From Lingula anatina (taxonomy: Eukaryota; Animalia; Brachiopoda), in contig CM120642.1 in assembly GCA_051362555.1 (NCBI GenBank), positions 8,184,001 to 8,248,000 of the forward strand: 64,000 nt of DNA, in the 5' to 3' direction. Shown here one piece after another: positions 11,530 to 25,904 of this stretch. The notes below the pieces were generated by a model. The model saw nothing but the letters and a program-made list of their open reading frames with translations, did no database searches and was not told the DNA's origin. The position numbers were made by a program, and so were the translations under genes. Numbering within the stretch: the stretch's first letter is position 1; every line of letters starts with the position of its first letter.

Positions 11530-14437
11530 GGTTTTGCCATATATCTCCCATATATAGTCTTACAATCCCTTAAATAATTTTCTCTTCCCTCAGCTTCGAT
11601 TGTAACAGAAAACGTCAGACTTGATTCATAATTTTGCGTGTTTTGAAGGTAATGGTATTCATCAACAGCGTAGCTGTACAAGACAGACATTTAGCACAGC
11701 ACGACCGATCCAAATGTCAACAGCTGTGCTTCTTAACCTTCCCCAATCAGCTGCACAAAAGCAATGAATTCCGGACTTACATGTAGATAAACAGGGTAAA
11801 CAGGACGTTGTCATGCGTTCAGTTCACAGTGTTATCGAAACTATGGCTATGCACTACAAGATTTACGTGATCGTAACCTTCAAAGAATCCCAGGCATGTG
11901 AGGCGACTGAACAACGAGGGCCTACATACATGTGCAGCACATATCCTGTTATATGAAATACAATATAGAGCGTCGTTTTCAACTCTTCTGAATGTATAGC
12001 GTGTTCTGTGATCGTTGGCATCAGTTTCTTTCGATTTTCCAGATGTTGTAGTATTGTTCTACACACGACAAACCTTATACCCCTTAATTTTTGGCATTAT
12101 ATGATATCTTGAAGGCAGGCCATTGATGGTCTTCTGCAATGAACACTTAGCTTATACTCATGAACGTTCTCTATACTTGGACGGTTTGTATCACACAGCA
12201 AGGATATCAACAGAACTATTAACTACACGATATCAACATTCGTAATATTTTTGAACGCCATCCCATCGCCACCTTCCTAACAGAAACAAGTCATTGGTTT
12301 ATCCCTACTTTCTTCATCTATTACACGAACAATAATACAGACTGAAGTGTTTTAGTCATACATTGTACGTGTAAAGATTGTCACAGCAAACTGAATAGCG
12401 ACATTAAAAGCTATACATACCTACTGTATATCCGTCGATACGTATGCGTCCACCGTCCAAATAGCTTTGTTTATCTAATAATTTACGGGAATCTCAGGAA
12501 GACATTTCAGAAATAAATGAGAGGAGGGTAAATGCCACAACTGTCATCGCGGGTACATATTGTTCACAAAAGCCTTGATACAGTTGCCTCGATTTCAGTC
12601 AGAGGCTGCCTCTAGGAAAGACGACATAGAGCCGCAACATCTTATAGAAGGAAATCGTTAGTTAGCTGGGGAGTTTAAGAAGAATACTGTTGATTGATTA
12701 AGACAGTTGTATATGTCAGTATAATCTCACAGCTATATGTAGCTCTAGGCTATCACCATCTCCGAGGATTGCTTTACAGTAAACAGAATAGTTCCCCATT
12801 GTAATCGTGACGCAAATCGAAAGGCAATTACCCGGTAGTGGCCTAACCATGTACATCTACATTTACATGAACATGTATGATGTACGTGTACCAGTACATG
12901 TAGATATACCCTATTGCCCGTGCTAGTTCCTAGTCATTACAACATATGGCATAGCTTCAATTCTATTTTAATTGACAGCAGTCATGCACACCAAACCCAG
13001 TACTAAATTCTTCTATAGTTAATATTTTGTACTGATGTGTATGCATATAAACCTGAAGTACCCTTGTGGTAATCTCGCTGCAAGATCACGACCAACAGCT
13101 AGCGAAACCTGGGAAATTAACAACAGAGGTTTAATCACCCTTCGGTTTCCTTTCGTCTATTTCAATCAATAGCAATTTGTGCAAATTGGACGGGGATCTA
13201 GATAATACAGTAACAAGACTGGTATAATACGGCATCAATCATTTTCAACCGAACATAATAACCGAGTATTGTACTCCGTGGCCTGAAGCATTTAGAATCT
13301 GAACTCCGGCTTGCTTAAAGCATTGGAATTGTGTTAAACTCCCAGAAAAAATCATGAATCTCTGAGAAGCACCCTGAGATTATGAGACTGTTACCCAGCC
13401 TGTTTTATACTGAGTATGAGAGTACGAACGGCTAGTCTGCATTGTATATTCAATATACGTTATTTGTACTTGTATTTGTACTTCTTTATCGAGAACACTT
13501 CTTACAAAACGTGTGCCAAGCTACAGAGGTGACTCTCTAATGGACTCTCTTTCTCAGGGTGATCTCCATGGAATTCTTGAGAAGACATCAAGAAACACTG
13601 TTTTTCACTATTCCCTCGTCACTTGTGATTAATAACCACAGAGATTGACGTCTAAGACCGATAGTGAAAGCCATCAAGACCGCATTGTTTAACCAAGAAT
13701 GTTCATTGGTCATAACGATAAGTTGTCAAGTCCGAATGAAATATCCAGCAATAGGCCACCACGTGTCAAAATATATGCCCCCCGGAATGTTTTAACAACT
13801 GCTTTTCACAGAACAGACCCAAAATGATTGTTTCTGAAATATTGTAAAGCACAGAGATTTGAAGTAGTTCTTGTCTATTTGTTAAACTCACTTGAACTTC
13901 CAATGTTCTTTCGCTATTAACTATCCATAACAAGTATTTGCTTATAACATTTTTAGCTTCAAAGTCAAGGTGATTCCTTATTATTTGCGTTCTTAGAATC
14001 GGTTTCCAATGCCAAACTGTTTCTCAACAGTTCACGTTAGGAGAGGCACGTACAGAGAATGGAAACCACGCTGGTTCAAACGTGGTTAAAATGTCGACGA
14101 TAATCAACACATATGTAGGACGCAGGTCAAGTTAAGCCTTACTGTTTTAATAAACAGCGTTCTGCTTGGAGGGAACCGTGTGCTCGTTTTTTTTCTTTGC
14201 GGCGCGTGCGGCTTCTAAGGCCTACTTCAGAACCCAATTTGCGAGTCCAATTTTCCTCTTTCTTCGGCCTTAAAATAATTCGACGAAATACACATTCCAT
14301 GGGTTTACCATTGTCCAGTAGGCTATTCTAACGTTTGACGAAAAGGCATGATATACTGTGCATTATCTGAACGACACTGATCACCTGTGGTTGATGAAAC
14401 TAAAAGCAGATTTCTATATCTGTACTTGTTTGACAGA

Positions 14438-14471
14438 TCTCTCTCTCTCTCTCCCCCCCCTTTCTCTCTTT

Positions 14472-14518
<47 letters not shown>

Positions 14519-14556
14519 GTGTGTGTGTGTGTGGGAGAGAGAGAAAAAGAGAGAGG
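14438..14556. repeat. Compound (CT)n(GT)n(GA)n microsatellite
   Basis: Direct reading. Confidence 0.95.
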
Positions 14557-17500
14557 GGGAAGAGACTGTACCATGTAGGAGCCTTATCTGTTGCACATTC
14601 AATTTCGCTCAAACTAATGTCACCACATACACATGATATCCATTGGCTTGGCCAACTTCCCTTCGAAACCAGGCCGACAACACAAATGACCAGGTACTTC
14701 CTTTCTCATGCCTCTAATATAAAACCCTTTTCTCATTCTGATATAATAAATATACACATATGCGATACCAAAATCTGATATTATTAATCCCCCCCCCGAT
14801 TTGCTAATCAACAGGCCAGGCGGTTCACTACTCATTCCTAGTGTACACACTGCATAAGTCACCTAGCTATCTCTGCCAGCATGGGGGGACAGACCGCGGA
14901 GAATAAAATAGGTCGCTTATGAAAAATGTAAGAACTTGGAAGACGATGAGACGATGAGAAGAAGATAACTGCAGTCATTGCAGGAGATTCCGTGGTTTAT
15001 AACCTTGGCTGGCTAGAGCAGACCGGAAAAACAAGAAGGGACTACGCCCACCGGGATCAGAGAGACCTCTGGACCTTGCCAATGTGCAACGTTTTTTCCC
15101 CATGCGTTATACTTAAAAGTTCGGCTTGGTTGATTGGGGTGGGGGTGAACAATGAAAAATATTTACTACAGAAAGAGTTACAATTGTATGTTCTGATAAA
15201 ATCATGTATAACTGCCTAACGTCATGCACTACTGTGATAGTAGGTTCTTATCCTAAATTTGCAGATTTAAAGCACGCTTATTGATACTAGTTTAACACCC
15301 ACAAACAGACAAATGTCGTAAACCACACCCTAAGCCCATAGAACATTTCTTTAATAACGAAGGTACTCCTGCCTTGAGACTGGGCCAACATGTACAGTCA
15401 TGTTTTAACCACCATCTCGACACTTACTTCCGTACTCAACGCTATATGACCTGGGCGATCCCCTTATAGTTGGCACAATGTCAGAGTAATAGAAGCTAGG
15501 CGTCGGCTCGTAAGCGTCCAGAGGGGGCAGGGAGGACGTAGATGGAGGCTTGTTCCTCTTCACAACGCGCATTGCCCGTCAGATGGAGCCACACCCTTTC
15601 CGCGACTCCGCGAGAAGAGGTGACGCTCCGATTTCAATTAACCAGCGGTGCTCTACCCCGCGTCCTAAAATATCGCATAAACAACACCGTCTCAGGTTTA
15701 AATGATCGAAGCGTGTTAAGACAAACGCGACCTCTAACTCGTATATCCGTGCTTCAGTAGTTCTGTTTCTGGAATTAAATTAGGATTCCCTAATCCTGAT
15801 TCAGTTGCTCTCCCACCGCTGGTAAGTCTTAATTCACAGCACGCACGTACAGCGAGCGCTTCCCCTTGTACTTCCCGTGTTTCAAATCTTCCTGGCCATC
15901 ATCGGCTATTTCCTCCCTTTTACTTGCAAATGCAGTAAGGTTTTCCAGCCAAACCAATCCATCTCACGCATGGAAAATCAGTCCCTGTTATTGTTGATCT
16001 CGGAATATGGCACTATTTGCGGCACGGTATCACTCACCGTTGTGGCTCGCTGACTTGCTGCGGGATGACCTGGGTATGTGAACGATTACTGCCTTGTACA
16101 AAGTTCTGAGGTAGAAATGCACCGCCAACTGGTATTGAATCCTGGCGGTAATATAAGTGAATATACATTCCAAGTGTTTAGTGTGGGCGCCTTAAATTTT
16201 CTATGCCAGAACAAATGTGTGTTTATAATAGTATATTCCTTTGTATATATACAAAGAGAGAGTACGTGAAATGTCGAAATTAAATAAATAAATAATATAA
16301 ATTAATAAATATATAAAATTCTAAAGGAGAATAAAATAAAAATGAAGATATATGGAAAATGTAAAAACGAAAAACGAATATATTTATGAAAAAGATAGAT
16401 AAATAAAAACTGGTACCCAAAGCATTTAAAGCCACCTTACTGACTCCTGTCCCCTAAATTAGTTTTATGAACAATCATTTCTCATAACTTATCCGTGTAG
16501 TCCCAAACTTATGAGCATTGAGATAAATCCAAATGACGCTTCTAGATTTTCCCTAGGCTTATCCTAAGTTTATGTTTTACTGTATATATTACACTGAAAA
16601 AATAAACGCCACATGAAATTCGTGAAGGTAATTACACTTGTTGGACAAATCTTTATGTTTAGATCCTAAAAGGTATTTCTTTTCGCAAGTCAGATTACTA
16701 GTAAAGCATAATGTAAGTATAAAAACACACTCCACAGCGTGTGTTACCTAATTACAGTTGAAAAAATTGCTGACAAAAATAATGTCACCACGCAATGGCA
16801 TGTGACAGCCACTAACACCCATTAAGGCACGAGAGAGTTGCATGGCGACCAACGGCCGCCTGTAGGCTGATCTTCTTAAATTTAGATACCGATGCGTGAA
16901 ACGTAATGTACTCTTCCGCCTTCAAAAGTTAAAGCAAAGAGCTAAAAGAATCTTGTGAAAAAGTACAAGAGAACCCTACATGGTTTCGATTAATTGCTGT
17001 GACAATGATAAACAGTGCACATTTTTCTGGTCGACTATACTACTAAAACGAATAAATCTTGTAGATAAAAAGTACTCAGGAATTCGCACTATTCTTAAAA
17101 AGCAAAAATAGAAAGAAAGAAAACAAGGAAAGAACCGAAGACCCGCTGAAGGCGCTCACACAAATTCTTACCATAAAGATATATTATGCATCTGGCAAAA
17201 ATCCAGCCTCGTAAACTACGTGCATCTTCAGCGTCTCTCTTACAAACTACAAGTAGATTCTAGCAAACAAGGGCAAGTTACCCTAGAAGTCTCATTGGTA
17301 ATAAAGTCAAACCTAAAACGTATTAGCTAGTACCGGAATAAATCCAACCCCGCTTTCTGTCATCTATTACTTTACCTGACGTCTTGCTTTGATAGCCTAT
17401 TTCACTTGAAAGACACACAAAATATTTGAGACCTTGAGGGACAGCAAACTGGCAAGCATACAGTAGCCAGGGCGATTTGACGCGTTTTTGAATGGAAAAC

Positions 17501-18073
17501 AATTGCATTCTGTTTACACAGAACCTAAATGCTGGCCCGCTTCTGGTGTTCAACAGTGAAATATGACCAAAGCCATAACCTTGTGTCTTTAGCAACGTCT
17601 ATCATTTTACGGAATTCGTGTGATCCTTTTATTTCAAGGCTGGTAACTTCCCATTTGCTGCCTAAATTCAATTTGTTGCGCACCAAGCGCGTACTTTGAC
17701 CGCTTTAATCGAAGAGGTGTAAACATGCTACAACATGGCCACCAGTTGGTCGCATGTGTTAGCCATAACCCGTACAGACGTGGTACCAAAACACTGCATG
17801 GAATGCAACCGTTCCCCTTAAAACAGGTTGCCAGATTAAACAAACTTGGATTAAAACCATACCAAGAACGCTGCAAGAACGCCGTCGGCTGACCAACACA
17901 CTGTCCGACTATTTTAACCTGGTTGGCCAAGACAGGTGACCGTGTCATTAATAATGGTTAATATATAAATATGTGTCCAAACGCTACGGTATTTGTATTA
18001 TTTCAACTGCATTGATATTATTTCATATTGCACTGATATTCTAATATTTCGAACTTGTGATACAGAATGGATT

Positions 18074-18113
<40 letters not shown>
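18074..18113. repeat. (ATCT)n microsatellite
   Basis: Direct reading. Confidence 0.95.
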
Positions 18114-19813
18114 CAAAAATTTCTATTCTTAAAATGATAACTAATAATTTTGATGTACATCTATTATATGCAACGTGAACTAAAAAAGCAATGGTCGACA
18201 ATACTCATAAGTGCACCGCAAATGTCTCGTGTAATACAAGTAAGTAGTTGTCTCACCTTTTTAAAGAAGGCCAGCGACAAAGATAACACTCGTACAAAAA
18301 TGAATAACCAACTTCAAGTTTCTTTCAATTAATTTTGTCATTTTTGGTGATTTTTTAAGATGTGCTCAAAATGTAAAAGAATACAATGTTACTGTTACTT
18401 GCCAGTTAACATAAAAGGTTGGAGGATAAAGTGTCTTGTATTCGGGCCACATAATAAAAATGGTCACACCGGATTGACTGTTTCATAGATTATCACAATG
18501 ATAGTTCTGGAATGATGACAACCACTGTTTATTATGTAAAAAAACGTGGCTATCAATTACAGTATAACGTACGTCTGTTATCAAAGGTAATCGGTTGCTC
18601 GACGTAAGATATTCGAATACGCAAAAGGGTGTAGAGATCTACTTCACATGCGATGCTAATTGAATGTCCAACATCATAAATGCTACACGCAGATTTTTAC
18701 TTGAAGTGTGCCCACTCGATGCCTTTTCTTTGATAAAAGAATTAATGCCAGCTGTTAGCTATAAAACATACAGGGCGTGGTTCAGATAATCGCGTGGTTC
18801 CAAAATATGACATTAATTTCTATACAACATCCCTAAACCTTTAACATCCCCTTCCCATAATGAAAACGTTCAAATTCCAAATGACCTTTACCGTCTAGTA
18901 AATGAAAACTGATTATCATATTCATGATAACAGATTTGTTCTAAGTATCAAGCTTAGATCGTTGATGAAGGACTCGGAGAGACAATTGTGACAGTTGAGA
19001 TACCCAACGCAATGGTTGTGCCGTCAACGTAAATCACGAGGAAAAACACTATTTAGAGATATGGTGGGAATGGCACTATGGCTCTCCCTTGATCTCCCAC
19101 TGGGTTAACATTTTCAATTAACTCAGTTAAAGGTTATCGTAGCCCTAAATTCCAAATGTAAAATGTCGTCTGTATTTATATACACGGGCTGTACTTGTTG
19201 GCAGTGAAAAAATAGATACAGTTTTGCTTGACGAAAATGTTATTTCAGACACACTAAAATGTCAAATTCCGATAGCAACATCACAAGTGCATCGCTAGAT
19301 AGTCCTTAATCTACAGACAGCGAGTTTTCATTTTTTGTAACTGATACCAATCTAATTATGGGTATGGCATTTTCTCTCTACTGGGACCCTCAGTGTCGCC
19401 AACAATATGAATCTATCGATCTGAGAACATTTAGCTGGAGCCAGGGACAAATTAAGTGAATATTGTGTGACCTTTCATTTACATCATGTCCAGTATACAC
19501 ACGCAATATATTTACCCTTTTTTTCACCTGGTATTTTATGTATTTGTTGATTTTGTATAATAAGAATGAAACGCAGCACTCCGAAAATCTGTTCAGACGA
19601 GGACTGATTAACACTGGAATAAGGGTTAACTGGCGTTATCAGACGACGACTCAAAGAGAGAGAACCCGCGACACTTTAGATGTTAAATACTTGGTCGTCC
19701 TGATGCCGTAAGCAGGCCAGGTTCTGGTCTGGAATATTCCTCGTCTGTAAAGCCGTAAAGATCTCTCGATTAACCCCCAATATTCTTGAATATGACACAA
19801 GTATACAATGTGG

Positions 19814-19816
<3 letters not shown>

Positions 19817-19864
<48 letters not shown>
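19817..19864. repeat. (CT)n(GT)n microsatellite
   Basis: Direct reading. Confidence 0.95.
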
Positions 19865-21161
19865 TTATGTGTAAAAATATGCCCTAAAAGAACATACCTT
19901 ATAAGAGTATCTTCTGGTCCAGTCTTTTTGAATAACTTAAAATGCCAGTCCCACTACCTCAGCACATTTCACACAAGCCGTACAATAATAACCCTGTAAC
20001 ATTTCGGTCCTGTCTTTAAAGAGGTGCTAGTAATTTCTCTAGAACAAGGAATGGCAAACGTAAGAGTAATCTAAGGGAATAAACCTTTCGGTGGCAACCA
20101 CCACCACAAGAACAAAAGTATGACAAATAAGTTTAAGAAAGTGAATAATAAAAACTACGATAATTTTAAGCAAATAGTAAAACGGGTGCAATTATTGAGA
20201 TAATTAGCTGAATCGATTTTTGCTTAAGTTTTTTTCAATTTCCGTTCTCTTTTCTTTCCAGGAAGAAACCACAACCAGAAACCGAAAAAAAGCACCCCTG
20301 GGACAGAAGTGATGACGCAAAGAGATACAATTGATTCCTTTGAACCCAACCAGTATATATCTCTAAAATACTATATCATAGACACAGGCAACGACAATTC
20401 CGTACTCCTACAATTTTACTTGTAAGTAGCATTCGCATATAGACAAAAAGTCTTCACATATCACTATTTCAGTGAACAGCCGAAGCGATGGCGGTGCATT
20501 CGTTATAAAGTTTTAAGAAAGGTATTGTGTTCGTTTACAGACTGAGAGCAGAACATAGATATGCTGCCATGGCAACCAGAATTGTTCTAGGAGAGGGTAA
20601 GCAAAGTTGATCTGGTTGCTTCAGCAGCTTCCTCCTCCCGATCACGCAAACGCGAAACGATGTTCCAATGTTTAAAAATAAGACACAGACTTAACATAAA
20701 CTTCCGAGGCTATCCTTAATGGTTAAATCTACAACCCCTTGCCAAAACCAATAGATAAAGAACCATGTAACACTTCACGTGAAGACATTCGCCATTCGGC
20801 CATCACCTTAATGGATTAACAGGCACATTAACCTATGAAATGTAATTGTCGGTGGGCAAAGCCACCTGATTCGAGTCTTCTCGGAGTGCTAAATTGTCAA
20901 TTCTAATCGAATTTGATCGTAACATGGGGAGAATTAACTCTCCTTGACCCTGGGACTAATGGAACTGCTATCCAGATAAGTGCATTAAACAAAATTCACC
21001 ACTGCATCTAACTGAGCGCCCTGGAAATTGTTTCCACTATACAGACTATACCATGTTCGGTTGTTTATGACATCAGAACAGAAGAGTTTCTACCCAGGCA
21101 AAAATTTTTTTAAATCACTTCTGTAGGGAATTTTGCCAATAAAAAAGCAACGGGATGTGTT

Positions 21162-21164
<3 letters not shown>

Positions 21165-21229
<65 letters not shown>
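21165..21229. repeat. (GT)n(GA)n microsatellite
   Basis: Direct reading. Confidence 0.95.
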
Positions 21230-21233
<4 letters not shown>

Positions 21234-24200
21234 CACAAGCCCGACGCGGGCCGTTTCTGTGCGTGTTTGAGTATGCGTGTGTATTTGTTTGTCCACGCGC
21301 ATGATACAGAGTTCTGTGTGTGCGTGCGGGCGTGTCTCAACACTGCCAAAATCTCTGATTCGGCTTCAAGATAAAATGTTTATACCCCAACATTTTATTC
21401 TTCACAGCAATGGGCTAGCTGTTGCGTTATAACTGTCTCCCTACGCGCAACTTCACTTAATTATTTACTCGTGTGAAACAGCATTCGTCCACCTGAGTAG
21501 GGGAAGGTCAATCATCCCACTGTCTGGAGTGCCCCGTGAAGTGCAAACCATGAACCATACGCCGAGATTGCACAGCTCAATTAATATTGGTCACTTACGC
21601 CAGTTGTGCACCGGCTGCTAAGGTTAATTGTGCATATAGCGGGAAAATCGGTATAATGACACATTAAACGCATACAGACTGTATTATCGATTGACACAAT
21701 AAAAAACTTAACCGTTTCAAAGCAAGCAGGGGAGACCCATGTCGCTACTCCAAACCATTATTAGCACTGACACTCTTCAACCCCCATCACCTGAATTAAA
21801 AACGCACACGGTAACAAACACGCAAAAAATACATACCACGGGCAGGTTCAGATATAAAAACCACGCGAAATCGCTCCTCTTGACCAAGAATACCATAAAA
21901 CAGGCTTGACAAACTCGGAGTCAGACAATGCACTGCCCACTGCACATAACGTACTGTACGCTACGGTTTTCGCGTCACAGAATACTGTGGACATGACTAC
22001 TGTAATGATTAAAAGGCACTGAAATCATCTTGACCGTGTAATGGGATAGCATCACGCAGTCTGTGCCAGAATCCTATACAGAAAGAGCATGTGACACTAA
22101 AAGCAATTACGACATGTGGAATGCGACACATTGTGGAAATGAAAAGCGATACATCATTGTCGCGCACCAAATGGCGGTGTGATATACATTTATGTGCCTC
22201 GAATATCAGTTATAATTCAGAATCCGTGTGCTGTAGATAGGAAACTAGACTCTTTAGATGTAGGCGGTAACGACTTTCAATTATAAAACTGCGGCCGAAT
22301 TGCTGGCATCGCTTTTATCAGGCGTTTTTTATCGAGTGAAAAATCTAGTAAGCGATTTAAGATGAAAGAGGTATGAACTTTTGCTTTGATTACAGTAAGT
22401 GACTCAGCGGTTGTTAGAGGTTACTCCAGTGGGAATGTTTGTATGTAGGGTCTATGTAAGTGTACGTGCGCGTGTGCATGCCTGTGTGCGTGCTTGCGTC
22501 CGTGGTTGATGAAAGAGAGGGGCTTTTGCGAACATTGCTACAAAATGCAATTCACGTCTGACTACTATCATGTATCATTATTCTCACATTTAACATTAAA
22601 AATGCATAGACATCGATATGCAGGTTTACGGAAGTAACACAGTGAATGCGCAGTAATACATTATTCACCTGAAGGCTCTTATCTGCATCATACAATAGTC
22701 ATGGATCTGCGATTTGACCTTGTTAAGGCGGTGCTCTAAACATAACCTATGACGGAGAATATATTTTCTGGATATGATTAACGGGGGATAAATATATGTG
22801 TGTGTACCTTATAACAAACCAAACAATCAATACCCGAATGGGCATGCCTGATTTGATAACAGCTCACATATACACAATCATGTATTGCATAAACTTCATA
22901 GAATCATACCGAATGCTCAGCAACACTGTGTAGCTTATATATGCAGGTAATTGAGATTTCATCAAGAATTAAAGGAGATCCCGCTTTCGTTATGTTTCAT
23001 GCTCTAATTAATTGATAGGGACATGGAAGTCGAAACAGATATATTTTACCTTTCTACTAAAACGTTCACCCTGAGTTTCAGGGGTTATTGGAAACCCACC
23101 TCTGATAAAAGCATTGCTACAGGCCTAACAAAGGCAGAGGCAGAGTGATAAGAGAGGTACTCCCCCCTCCCCCGTATTGAGGGAAGTATGAAGCAATCTC
23201 TGAAGCACTGTATATATAAGCACCCTAAATACCAAAGGGGGAAAGATCACTGTGTCGGTGAAATGTCACCCTGGTCCGCCTGTTGAATTGCTTTCACACG
23301 TGCATAATATAATTCAACCGTTCAACTAACCTTCCATTTTTGCTTCCAGTAGCTAAACTGCCCTCAAGTCCAATTAAGATTTTTTTCTCCAATTGTCTTA
23401 TAACGTGGGAATTGGTCTTGGTCGCTGACTGTCAATTACCAGGCCGCGGGCACTTGTATTAGTGGAGGATGGAAATGGTTTTTGCTTTCTATCCACAATG
23501 ATTATCTTCATTCGACGAATGGTTCATTTTCCTAGTTCTGTTCGGTTGACACACGTACAGCAGTGAGCTCAAATATATTCCACTGTCTTGTTGTCGTTGT
23601 TAGCGTGCGTATATTAGTAATTTCGGGTAAAAGTTAAGGGGAAGGAAGCGGATTGGAGATACTGTGTTATCCCCTGCCTGTTACTCTACGCCGAAAAGAG
23701 TCCACAATCCGCTCTCGTATCACGAAATTGACGTCCCTTACATTTACATGTACTATAGATAACTATACAGGTATGTCGAAGTGAATCCTTTTCTGTCGTT
23801 GTCGTATTTGGAAAGCGGTTCAATAAATGCACTGTATATAGGTCTACCCTTTTGTGTCTGTTGGAAAAACACGTCTTCAGTTACCCAGTATTCCACAATA
23901 CCTGTGTCAAGCGAATCAAGGCTGTTATGTTAAACGGTACTCGGCTCACAGACCCGCATATCTCTCTTGTCGCACATCATAAATATGTAACCAGCTGATC
24001 AGTTGTGATAAACAGGAATTGCATTTCACCTATAATCAGCTCTTTTGAATTACTGGTCCATGCACGTACATTGTACAAGCGCCTGTCGTTTCCGTCGCTC
24101 CGGCTAAATTTGGATTTTAGGCCTGATTGGAGATATCTGCACATTGTTATAAAGAGTTACCTGCGGGTTAAGCACTGTCCTGCACTGGCGATCTCTACGT

Positions 24201-24388
24201 AATCTATTGTTCAGTCCTCGTAACACTTCGCAACTGTTGAGTATGAATGTATTGGATTGTCTACAGTGTTCAGTAGAGGCGATCAAGGTTATGAATTGAA
24301 AAAAACTCAAGTTTGTCAGGTTTGTGGACATTCCGGTGGTGTAAGTGCTTGTGTGTGCGCGCACGTTAGTTTGGCAGGGCGGGTATGA

Positions 24389-24451
24389 GCACGTGCGCGT
24401 GCGCGTGCGCGTGCGCGTGCGTGCGTTTGCGCTCTTATGTGTGTTTGTGCA

Positions 24452-24512
<61 letters not shown>
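24389..24512. repeat. (GTGCGC)n, (GT)n, (GA)n compound repeat with long purine-pyrimidine alternation
   Basis: Direct reading. Confidence 0.95.
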
Positions 24513-24516
<4 letters not shown>

Positions 24517-25897
24517 TAGCATGAGATACCTAGGAAATCTCGCAGTTCGCGTGAGATAGTGAATCTTTACCCGGGAGTGCTTAATTATCTTATCAGAAGA
24601 CGGTGCCTCCGCGTTTCTTTGATTTGTGTAGATCGATAATTTTCCCTGAAATAACTCACTCAACATTGAAATAATTCAAGACCTTCGCGTGCATACTTTA
24701 TGAAAGTGGAGGAATAACGTGATGTATTGACACAAGCTGGTGTATGTTGACCTTATCAAAATATTACGCCTGCCTTTGCAAGTAATCTCTTCAATATTTA
24801 TAGAATGAAGCGAGGAAGTGCAAGCGCAGTGTACACACAGAAAATAAAAGCTCCCCCCCCTCAGAACCATATACCATGTGCTTTCTGCAGGGAAAAATGG
24901 AAAATGCACTCAGAGAACTGTTGCTGGAGCGCACACATCACCAGCCACAATGAAAAACAAACGCGCTTTTCGAGCGATTAGAAATATTGCGTGTAACTGT
25001 TCTAACGTTAACGCACCCACCGCACCCGTTCTACTTGAGTAACAAATGAACAATGTTAACAATACCGTAGAATAACTAAGCCATGTTGAACGCATATGGA
25101 ACAAGAATGTTTATATATACAGAAAGAGGGAAAGAGGAACAACAAAATGTATGCGTAACAGTGATTACAAAATATTACTCGAGAACCTAGTACACTAAAT
25201 TATTTCAAGGTCCCTAAGTCAGTTGTATTCACCTTCACTGGGAAGAACGCGGGACTATTTTGCGTCCACTACTTAAAGGTACACTCTGTCAAGCGCTTGC
25301 TATCCTAACAAGTATGAATGATCTAAAGAAATGACAATATATAATTCAAAGGTGAGAAATTACGTCAGTTAAACCTTGTTGACGATCGACGTGCAACGCT
25401 AATTTTAATGCTTGGCCGCCTCCGTAAGCACCCTGGTTTTGAGGGTCTGTTGAAACTATTCCTCTATCAAAAGTAAAAGTTAGTCGCTGGCTATGCTGTG
25501 AAGAAAGGAAACTCCACCAGACGTCGGAAAACCAGGGTACCTTCCACGGCTCTAGCCAGAAGACACCAAGCATTTCCCACCACTCGCCACAAATACAATG
25601 TCTTCATTGTGCGACCGTTCAAGGAACGCCACTACAGAGTCATGCTATTGCTTAACAATGAACACTTAACTTAGGACAGCCTCCACACACAAAATTTAGC
25701 TTATTTAATATTAAGATTTATTACGCACGTAGGGACCCCGGTAGATTAAAACTCTTGTTTGTCATTTGTTAAATAGTTAATCGTGACCCAGTGCTTAGCT
25801 GGGTGTTATTAGACTACTGTTCCCATAAGCCCAAATGCCATACTTCGCGCACCTTTACCTACATATATATGTGTGTATATACAGGTAAGTTATCTAC

Positions 25898-25904
25898 CTG
25901 CCAT
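25898..25904 (-). CDS. Possible alternative first coding exon of the M6-like gene (ATG GCA G)
   Basis: caaaATGGCAG|gtaga, phase 1; TATA-like tract at ~25995-26008. Confidence 0.3.

Noticed and set aside
16038-16141. Open segment bounded by AG and GTGAGT on the minus strand as an extra M6 exon
   Set aside because: Entry phase incompatible with the candidate first exons; no family similarity.
14323-24666. ORFs with ERER/LSLS/HTHT runs
   Set aside because: Translations of dinucleotide microsatellites.
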